Origin: Eledone cirrhosa
Lineage: Eukaryota
Assembly: GCA_964016885.1 (NCBI GenBank)
Contig: OZ024763.1
Coordinates: 6,014,001-6,078,000 of the forward strand
Direction: 5' to 3'
Length of the DNA stretch: 64,000 nucleotides
Positions 53,977 through 64,000 of this stretch are shown piece by piece; positions within the stretch are counted from its first letter, which is position 1; each line of letters begins with the position of its first letter. The translations under genes were made by a program, and so were the position numbers. The notes beneath the pieces are model-generated. The model made no database searches and was not told the origin of the DNA. It was given only the letters and a program-made list of their open reading frames with translations.

Positions 53977-54181
53977 TACAGGGTTACCACAAAAATACTC
54001 CCCGATTTCAAATACTTATAATATGAAAACTTAAATGAATATTCTTACAATATTGGTGACTACAGTTGCATAAACTCACAAAGTTCCATGTGGTATTGGT
54101 TGACATCATAAAGATTCGATGTGTGCCCCTTTTGTTGCTCGGCAAACATCAATGCTCGGGGTGTTTTGTGGTCACCCTGTA
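53977..54181. mobile_element. Tc1/mariner-like MITE
   Basis: TA|CAGGGTTACCACAAAAATACTCCCCG ... CGGGGTGTTTTGTGGTCACCCTG|TA terminal inverted repeats. Confidence 0.85.
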
Positions 54182-54379
54182 TTTCGTGTTATAATTAAAG
54201 ATTTGGCTGCTATTTCTAGCATGTTGAGTGACCACGTTAGGGCTTCCCCCTCTCTCTCTCCCTATGATATACAGCGTGTCTTTAGTGTGTCATATAATTG
54301 AAGATTTGGCTGCTGTTTCTCGCTGTTGACCCTAATGTCAGTGCTGATTGTATATAGCTTTTCAAGCCTGCTAGAGACT

Positions 54380-54700
54380 TGCACTCCTTCACACACTGAC
54401 GACAACTATGGATCTCCCTGGCCCCAGGTCTTGCATCAGGTTACCTGTGAACCTTCACAATACCGTGGAGATCATATTTCACTGGTTCTCTCTGAACATG
54501 GCTGCGACTGTGGCTCCTGAGACCAGATTTGCTCAAGCAAATCTTTCACACTGAGGGCACACCAATCATTTTGAGAGATACACTAGGGCATTGCTTACGC
54601 ACGTCCCATTTGATCCTCTTGTGTTCCCTGCATCTTTCCTCAAAATTATGGACGTCATCATTCACCATTCCACTTTCAAGAGCTTCTATCAGCCATCATC
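54380..54700 (-). mobile_element. Old RTE-like LINE fragment
   Basis: Reverse strand gives degenerate RIKWDV...IGVPSVKDLLEQ, resembling the RTE C-terminal region. Confidence 0.5.
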
Positions 54701-55484
54701 AATTTTGAAGACAATACCTTAAGATCAGTTTGCGCGACTGGTTACAGCCAGTTTCCACAGAAAGAGGTAGAGAATTCTGGCTGGTTTTGGCCAGTTTGAA
54801 CACTAAAGGGATTAAGTGAGGAAAGGTTTTGCATGGGGCCAATCCCACTCTCTGAACATTGAATGCATTTGCCCAAAAAGAACTGGTCTACATTATTGGC
54901 AGAGGGTCGGACGCCATGCTTTGACGCATAGAGTTACGGCCCTTGCCATTCTGAGTTCAAATCCCGCCGAGGTTAACTTTGCCTTTCATCCTTACGGGGG
55001 TCGATAAAATAAAGTACCAGTAATACACTGAGGAAATTGCAGGCCTTGTGCCTAACGTAGAAACAATTATTGGATGCAAATGAGGTCACAGATTTTTATC
55101 AGAGAAACCTTCTCCTAGAGAGATGTCTTAAAAACTAGGAGTCTCTCGCTCCACAAAAAGACAATACTTTATTGGATGGCCATTGACTCTCCTGAGTTCC
55201 GCTGCTCTTTGACAGGGTTTGTTTTTCATCAAGCAGGGTGTCCAAAATCACCCTCCTCTCCAAGAAAGCTTGGTGAGGTTGCCGATTTAGTCACCGACAA
55301 CCCAACCAAGCACATATACACACAAAAACATATATACATATATATATATATACACATACACACACATATATATATATATATATTCAAAGAAGGTTCCCCC
55401 CAGGAATATTTCCATCTCAAAGGACCATCAACAAGGAAATCTTGTTATTAACCAAAGAAAAAAGCAGTAAGTCTTGAAAGGAAA

Positions 55485-55516
55485 AAAAAACTGTTAAAAT
55501 TGTTTCAAAGTTTATT
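55485..55516 (-). terminator. Candidate poly(A) signal for the TAO kinase mRNA
   Basis: AATAAA at 55516-55511 on the minus strand, followed ~20 nt later by a T-run. It is one of several AATAAA in AT-rich DNA. Confidence 0.3.
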
Positions 55517-55839
55517 TCTGTTAATAATAAGTTCCTTTGAAGCTACAATATCAATCCTTCCATGGCCATCACAACTCAAAGGAACACAGTGAGAGCCACA
55601 TGTCATAATCATCATCACCAGCATCATAATTACCATAATTACCATCATTGTCATCACCATCATCACCATTACCATCATCATCATTAACCTAAATACACGC
55701 AATATTAGCATCATCATCATCACACACTTACAAAAATAAAATAAATATCATCATCATTGTTATTATAATTATTATTATTAAATTTTGTTTAATATTTGCT
55801 TCCATTTGTTCCATTTTCTGAACTGACCACCACCACATA

Positions 55840-56850
55840 CACCACAACAAATGACCACACACACCACACCAGATGACCACATACATACACAGAACTGGCC
55901 ATCACATCAAATGACCACGCAACACACACAGAGGATTGGTCATCACACACACACCAAATGACCACATACACACATCAAATGACCACATACATACAACTGG
56001 CCATCACACACCAAATGACCACATACAACTGGCCAGCACACACATCAAATGACCACATACATACAACTGGCCATCACACACACACCAAGTGATCACATAC
56101 ATAAGTGGCCATCACACACACCAAATAACCACATACATACTTACAACTGGCTATCACACACCAAATGACCACACACAGAACTGGCCATCACACCAAACCC
56201 CCATTACACAGACCAAATTACTGTCCCCTTGCCACCAACCAAGTAGTCAGCAATATCAAAGGTCTTGGAATGTAAACACCTTCAGCCCCACAACATGGTC
56301 AGATTCACAATACACCCATGTGGTCAAGATGGTCAACAGTACCAAAATATTCCTGCACTGACCTTAACATCAAATACATAACATCTAAACACACACACAA
56401 AAACATTTTTGTGTTGCTTTTAAAGTTTAATGGTACATTAGCTGTTTAACATGGCGTGTGTATGTGTACACACACACACACAAATATATATAAGCTAAAA
56501 TATTATACACACATAACCAGAACACACATACAGATACAATACCCTGAACACACACAGAGATACACATAAGCTAAAATATTATACACACACACACACACAC
56601 ATACAGATACAATACCCAGAACACACACAGAGATACACATAAGCTAAAATATTATACACACATACCCAGAACACACATACATACATACAGATACAATACC
56701 CAGAACGCACATAAAGTAAAATATTATACACACTTACCCAGAACACACACACACACACACATACATAGATACAATACTCAGAACACACACAGAGATACAC
56801 ATAAGCCAAAATATTATACACACACAAATACAATACCCAGAACATACATA
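55840..56850. repeat. Two degenerate minisatellites (55840-56200, 56490-56850) in the putative TAO kinase 3' UTR
   Basis: caaatgaccacatacatacaactggccatcacacac and taagctaaaatattatacacac...cccagaacacac...cagatacaatac units. Confidence 0.8.
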
Positions 56851-57154
56851 CACACAAACAATACATAACATACACACACACACACACACAAATACATAAC
56901 ATACCACACAACAGACAAGAGAAAAAAAGCTAGCACCATATAATGGTGAAGAAATGTTGTTACTATGGAAACAACTGTTTTTAATCCAGAATTATACATT
57001 AGTTCTTTTAAAATATCCCCTGCTCCCGTCCCTAAAAAAACAACGAAAAAAAAAAAACACCCCAAACATTTCCCAATAAATGTTTGTTACAAAGGAACAA
57101 GATGGCATCTTACCCAAATATACAGACTGTTCACACAAAGAAGAGATAGGGATA

Positions 57155-57200
<46 letters not shown>

Positions 57201-57210
57201 TATATAATAT

Positions 57211-57248
<38 letters not shown>

Positions 57249-57320
57249 GTGTGTATTCATATATAATATTATATGCAAAGAAAGCACATGTTTAGAAAAC
57301 GGCAAATGGAATTCAATTTT

Positions 57321-57368
<48 letters not shown>

Positions 57369-57785
57369 TTATCATCATCACTGTTTTAATGTCTCTTGTC
57401 CATGCTTGCGTTGGTTAGACGGGTGCCGCGTACTGTGGGCAGCCTGGTCAGATGAATCGGCCCTGGTCATACGCTTGGTTTTAGCTTGGTCTCTACAGCT
57501 GGATGCCCTTCCTAAAGCCAAATATATATATATATTTTTCCAGTTTTTATACTTTTCATATAGATTTATATATATATAAATAGCTGTCACATTTTGAGGC
57601 TATACACACACATACACACACAAACAATATTTTCTTTTTTTTTTTTAGTAATTCAATATTAAAAGCTGGGTCATTTTTCTTCCATTTTATTGTAAAATAC
57701 TCAAATATTTCTACAGATTCCAGTATGAGCTGTTTATAATAATAATATTAATAATAATAATAAAAATAATAATATATTTTAAAAT

Positions 57786-57824
<39 letters not shown>

Positions 57825-58490
57825 AAAAAAGTGGGGGTGGGTTTTTAAAACATATTTTGACCCTTAATAATAGTTTTAAAAAAACAAACCAAATGGATTG
57901 TAAGAGAAGTTATATATATTTACAGTGGGAAGAAGAAGACAAAGAAAGAGAAAAAGAAGCAATAATAATAATGATAATAATAATGGTTTCTGATTTAGGC
58001 ACAAAGCCAACAATTTGAGGGGAGGGGAAAATTGATTAAATCAACCCCAGTGTATTACTGATACTTTATTTTACCGACCCTGTAAGGATGAAAGGCAAAG
58101 CTAACCTCGGCGGGATTTAAACTCAAAACGTAAAGGGACGTAACTAAATACTGCAAAGCATTTTGTCCGACGCTCTACCGATTATGCCAATCCATTATTA
58201 TCATTAATAATAATAATAATAATGTTCTTTTATAAGAGGAACTGGTTGGTTCATTTTATATAAGCAACTTCTTTCAATAGAATCTTTACTAAAACTGGCC
58301 GAAAATATATACATACGCGTGTGTGAGTGTGTATATATATGTATATATGTGTGTGTGAGATGTATGCGTTTCTATATATGTGTGTTTGTGTATAAGCATG
58401 TGTAAATATATATATAAGCCAAAACCGCTTGGCGCCGCGGTCGAGATTTTACATATCTCTCCACACACACACATATATATACATACATAC

Positions 58491-58544
<54 letters not shown>

Positions 58545-60587
58545 GTACTAGCAGTGAAACCCATGCTAGTTCCGTCAACTTATATATAATTTATTTTAGC
58601 GGAGTAGGCGTCATTCCATGAAGCAAGAGTTATGTTTCCCTGGAGCAAGGGTTATCCTTTCTTGAAGCCAAAGTTTAGAAAATAAATTTATATGAGATAT
58701 AAAGATAGATAGATAAATAGATATAGAGATAGTTACATGAATGGAGAGATATAGAGATGGATGGATAGATAGATAGATAGATAAATGGATGGAGAGAGAG
58801 GGGAAAGGTAGATAGATGGTTAGATAGTTACTACTTACATAAATGGTTGGAGAGAGAGAAAGAGAGAATGAGTGAGAGAGAGAGAAAGAGAGAAAGGTAG
58901 AAAGCCAACGAAGCTCCCAGCTGTTTTAGTATTTCCATAAAAAAGCAAAGAAGTGAGAAATAAAATCACCGCCCTGCCGTTCACCTCTTATATTACAGTA
59001 AGTTTTTAAAACATCAGCTTACCAAGAAGGAATAAGATTATAAAAGAAAAAAAAATCTTGGTGGGATAAATTTTAAAATACTATATATACTCTTGAATAA
59101 GTCAGTGGTAAGACATGTCATAGTAATAAGATATATCACAGTGGTATGACATGTCACAGAGGTACATCTTACAGTGGTACGACATATCGCAGTTCTACGA
59201 CACATCGCAGTAGAAAGATGTCACAGTGTTAAGACATGTCACAGCAGTAAGACAAGTTGTACATACATACCACTGTGTATTTAGAACATTTTTTGTTTCA
59301 TTACTGAAATATTTCAAGCCCAGAGCTGGGCCTTGCAATAAAAGTTGCCAAACCTATGTTTTTCCATTTTAGTAAATAAGTAAGTACGACATTATATCTA
59401 AGAGTATATATGGTATCTTGTCATAGAATTATTTCTGAAAGACATTCCTTCCTGTTGAAGCCAATGGTATGTTGAAGGTATAGTGGCAGTTCTCGAAAAT
59501 AACAACTTCACCACAAGGAATTATTGTTGTTGTTGTTACAGAGTTACTCTCTACTCTCTACTATACAGTTTATATCTTTAAACCAGACAAAACTAAGTTT
59601 CATTTGAGTTGGAGAGTAAGCTGTACAGATTTGTGGTTGGTTGGTTTTTGTTTGTTTTTTTGTTTTTAACAGAAACTTTAAAATTAGGGATGTGAAATTT
59701 TAAAAATGATAAAAATAAATGAATTTAATATGTTGACCCCCACCCCGCCAAAAAAAATTAGCCAAAACCTAGTTTATTTAGTAAATGGAGGAATTAATAA
59801 GCTAAATATCAGCGTATTGTATGAATATATAAATCATTTGTTTTATTTGTGTGTGTACATGTGTTTTTTTTTACATATGTATGCTCATATATATATATAC
59901 ACATCTACACACAAGCGCACACATTCAAACACAAGCGCACACATACAAACACAAGCGCACACACAGACAGGCATATACACATACAAACATACACAGTACA
60001 ACAAATGAGAAAGGAGGAGGAGTTTAGTCTCTCTTGTCTACAGTCTGTCCCAAGCACCAGAGGCTCATCAGGCCGCTGCTTATCATGGTTTCCATGGCAT
60101 GAAACAACAGAGTACAAGACTCTCTCCTGGACAGGACGCCAGTTCATCGCAGGGTTAAACCCCCAGCTGTTGCTGCTGGTACACATTTTCAGCTGAGTAT
60201 ACTGGAGCAACATGAAATGAAGTGTTTTGCTCAAGAACACAACACACAACCCAATCCAGGAATCAAACCCACAACATTATTATTGTAAGTCCCAAACCCT
60301 TAACACTAGGCCATAACCTCCACAGGAGGAGTTGGTGGTGGCTAATTCATTATTACTATTATTATTATTATCATTCCTGTGGATAATGCAATCCACCATT
60401 TCAACCAATATTATGAGTGGCTGGTCATGAGAGATGGGGGGGGGGGGGGGGGTAAATAGAGAGAGGGAGATGAAAGAGATATGGAAAAGTCTCCATACCC
60501 ACCCTTATATATAAAAATTTTACATACATACACATATATATATATACACACACACACGTGTGTGTATGCATATATATGAATGCATGA

Positions 60588-60650
<63 letters not shown>

Positions 60651-61120
60651 TACTGTTACAAGGCCTAAATTTCTGCAAACCCCAAAATGTGGCATTTCAC
60701 ATGAACAAGACAAGATTTTAAGCACAGCTAAAGGTGGTGGTAGTGTGTAGTGTAGTGGTGGAGTAGTGTGGTAGTGGTGTAGTAGTGGTGGTGTGGTGTA
60801 GTGTAGTGGTGGTGTAGTGTAGTGGTGGTAGCACTATCCACACAAGATTCTGATGTGATTCTCTGATTCTATGGAAAGTTGAACCTAAAAAAACAGAAAC
60901 TCATCCCAAATCCCTGAGGCTAGTTTCCATCATTTCCCTCATGTTCCGTGATTCATGGCTGGAATTGCTGGACTGGTCAACTGGTGAGGGGGTCGGTAGT
61001 GGGAGGAGGAGGAGAGGATGGCAAAGAGGTTCAGAGGTCAAAAAGGCAATTTAAACAGCTTAGCTTTCTATTACAGCTTCCTCAGGTATGTGTGTGTTTG
61101 TATATATATATGTGTGTGTG

Positions 61121-61164
<44 letters not shown>

Positions 61165-61977
61165 TATATATGCATATATAATTCAAAGTAAAATTCTGTA
61201 TTACAAGTTTTTTTAAGACAAGAAGGAAAAGGAGGGGGAAGAGGAGAGATAAGCTGGAAATTCAAGTTATTTCTTTGGTGGCAACATTTAATATAAGCTA
61301 GGAGGTTTCTTTCTAACCAGCTTAAATTCCTTGAACAGATGACAGGACACACCACACAGCTGCCTCTCTCTATCTGACCATCCATCCATTTCTCTGGCCC
61401 CTCATCTCTCCATCCGTCCAGCCATCTGTGTCTGTCCATCCAGTCATTTTTCAGTCTGTCCATCCAGTCATCTCTCTGTCCAGCCAGCCGGCCAGATGTC
61501 TGTTCATCTAGGTAGCCATTTGTCTGTCCAGCCAGCTGTCTCTCTGTCCATCCATCTGCCCATCTATCCATCCAACTACCCGTTTGTCCAGCCATCCGGC
61601 ATTCTGTCTATCCATCCAGCCGTCTGTCTGTCCAGCCAGCTAGTAGTTTCTCTGTCCAGCCATTGTCCAGTCATCCATCGGTCTGTCCAGCCATCTGTCC
61701 AAGAAACAAATGAACCATCCTCAACCAACATCACACCGTCAAGAACCCCCCCCCATTTTAATTTTTGCTTCTTTTTCTCACCAACCGACCCTCTTCTTCC
61801 TCACCCCCACCCCATGCCATCTACTGCTGCTGTTGTTGTTGTTGTTGTTGTTAGTGGTGGTCAACATAGTAGTAGTAGTAGTAGCAGCAGCAGTAGTGTT
61901 GGTGGTGGCATTCATCATGGTGGTGGTGGTGGAGCATTCTGTCTGTCTGTGTATGCATGTGTGAGTGTCCGTGTGTA

Positions 61978-62036
<59 letters not shown>

Positions 62037-62227
62037 TTGGTCCGCGACCAAGTTAGTAAGTGTGCTGACCGGGTCCGTTATAATTATAATAATTATAATT
62101 ATTATTATTATTGTTGTTGTTATCGTTATCGATATAGTAGTAGTAGTAGTAGTAGTAGTTGTTATTGTTTGTTGTTGCTGTTATCATTATTGATATAGTA
62201 GTTGTAGTAGTTGTAGTAGTAGTAATT

Positions 62228-62473
62228 TTATAACTGGGTGTGAGAGGTAAATGAGCTTGTACTACTACTAGCCGTCAAGCTAATTACACTCCCGCGGATG
62301 CTCGTGTCATCAGCGTGCATGCTGTCCTGTGAAACCTGTTTCATGTCCAGATTATTCAGGCCTAAGTTTACAGTCTCTAAGTCAAATTCTTCAATTTCTT
62401 TCTTCTGTGTTTCATGCAGATTATGAATACGTTCAGATTGGTCAGTAGAAAACTTGTTCATCACAGCATCCAT
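62228..62473 (-). CDS. TAOK1: TAO kinase, terminal coding exon
   Basis: Acceptor ctctaatttccAG| then MDAVMNKFSTDQSERIHNLHETQKKEIEEFDLETVNLGL...SHTQL*. Continues the previous exon in frame and resembles TAOK [26 protein letters not shown]. Stop TAA at 62230-62228. Confidence 0.9.
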   Translation of the reverse strand: MDAVMNKFSTDQSERIHNLHETQKKEIEEFDLETVNLGLNNLDMKQVSQDSMHADDTSIRGSVISLTASSSTSSFTSHTQL

Positions 62474-62632
62474 CTGGAAATTAGAGGAAAATATGGCAAT
62501 AATTAGCTCAATAATTACTAATTACCTACCTAGCGATAATTGTCTATCATTAATTTATATCTTCATACATACACACACACAGACACACACACACTCACAC
62601 AGACAGAGTACCAAACACAAACAGAACTAAAT

Positions 62633-62664
<32 letters not shown>

Positions 62665-62798
62665 AGACAGAGTACCAAACACAAACAGAACTAAATACAC
62701 ACACACATGCACACACACACTCACACAGGACCAAACACACACACATATATAGAACCAAATATACACACAGCTTGCAAGCAGGGAAAAGCGGACGTAAA

Positions 62799-62829
<31 letters not shown>

Positions 62830-62904
62830 CCAAATATACACACACACTCACAACCAAACACACACTCGCTCAAAGCCTATCATAGTACCATCATCGCGTT
62901 CCTC

Positions 62905-63237
62905 CACACCACCACCACCACCACCCATCAATTGAACTACTGTCAGACACTACTAACCAAACACACACAACCAACATTCTCCCCACCACCACCACCACCA
63001 AGTGAACTACTGTCAGACACTACTAACCAAACACACACAACCAACATGCTCCCCACCACCACCACCCACCAAGTGAACTACTGTAAGACACTACTAACCA
63101 AACACACACAACCAACATGCTCCCCACCACCACCACCCACCAAGTGAACTACTGTAAGACACTACTAACCAAACACACACAACCAACATGCTCCCCACCA
63201 CCACCCACCAATTGAACTACTGTCAGACACTACTAAC
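62905..63237. repeat. ~70-bp tandem repeat at the 5' end of the last TAO kinase intron
   Basis: gaactactgt(c/a)agacactactaaccaaacacacaaccaacatgctccccaccaccacc...caa, about 4.5 copies abutting the exon. Confidence 0.92.
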
Positions 63238-63420
63238 CTTTTGTCCCAAAAGAGCCCTTCGCAGTGAAACCCGGTCCTCCAGTTGTTTCCGTTCCTGGGC
63301 ATGTTGAGCCTCAATCTGCATCTTTATCTTACTTTGATATGCTATCAACAATTCCAACTCTTGAGAGAGACGTTGTTTTAGTTCTGACGCTTCAGACAGT
63401 TGGGTTTCATCAAGTCGGAT
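63238..63420 (-). CDS. TAOK1: TAO kinase (Ste20/TAOK family), penultimate coding exon, C-terminal coiled coil
   Basis: Translates [61 protein letters not shown], matching the TAOK motif [16 protein letters not shown]...[12 protein letters not shown]. Acceptor AG at 63422-63421, donor AAG|GTTAGT at 63237, 183 nt, phase 0/0. Invertebrates have a single Tao, so the paralog number is nominal. Confidence 0.93.
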
Positions 63421-64000
63421 CTTTACATACATGTAAAACATTAATATTGGATGATATAATATGTAATGATAACAGCATAATATTAATATTGGATAATATA
63501 TATGACAGATCATAACATTAATATTAATGGATTATATAACATATATATGTAATGACAACACCACAATATCTTATAATGATTGGAGAACTGCGAGACTGTC
63601 CTTTTTATTATTTCACAACACATTATTAAAATAAGTTGAATTACTATGAATAAATTATAAATGATTATTATGTAATTTATCTACTAAATTTCTTAGCTCT
63701 TGATTAAATATAAATATTCTTATATATAATGTATTGCTTATTTCAAGATTGACTTCTGTTAAAACTTTCAAATGTCAACTTCCGCTAGCATCCGTTATAT
63801 CATCATACGGTATATTTTCATCGCTATATCACACTGCTTATATATCATTATATATAAACGTTCACATATTTCCATTGTTATATCGTAACATTTATATTTC
63901 TGTTGCTAATCTCATTTTCTCCTTTTCAGTTTTCATAACATTTCACCGTAATGCAGTTTATATATATCGTCATTTTAAAATCTATCATGGATAACTTTAC

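Overview
AT-rich, microsatellite-saturated metazoan genomic DNA. The SINE/LINE/MITE complement and huge (TA)n/(CA)n tracts suggest a coleoid cephalopod (Octopus-like); this is inference. Host genes, all on the minus strand: the last two coding exons of a TAO kinase (63238-63420, 62228-62473) with a probably long 3' UTR; three intact tRNA genes (Leu-TAA, intron-containing Tyr-GTA, Thr-CGT); and the first coding exon of a BICD-related dynein cargo adaptor (30727-31128), whose first intron appears to run off the left edge. The rest is repeats: several RTE LINE families (one young 1.7-kb copy with an open RT plus a PHD-like finger), CRE and Tx1-like LINE ends, Nin- and Meta-type SINEs, piggyBac/Tc1-mariner/Tigger-like MITEs and many minisatellites. 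Main observations: (i) about a dozen hammerhead-ribozyme-like motifs of several Penelope-like types, including long-stem-II variants inside foldback elements (one ~1 kb) and one copy split by a LINE insertion; (ii) a tandem array of four decayed tRNA-Thr copies beside the intact gene; (iii) two RTE insertions with twin-priming geometry; (iv) a minisatellite that multiplies the TAO kinase last-intron splice donor; (v) an unexplained GC-richer island with codon-patterned internal repeats next to tRNA-Leu. Nearly all listed ORFs are low-complexity artefacts. Repeat boundaries were read by eye and are approximate.
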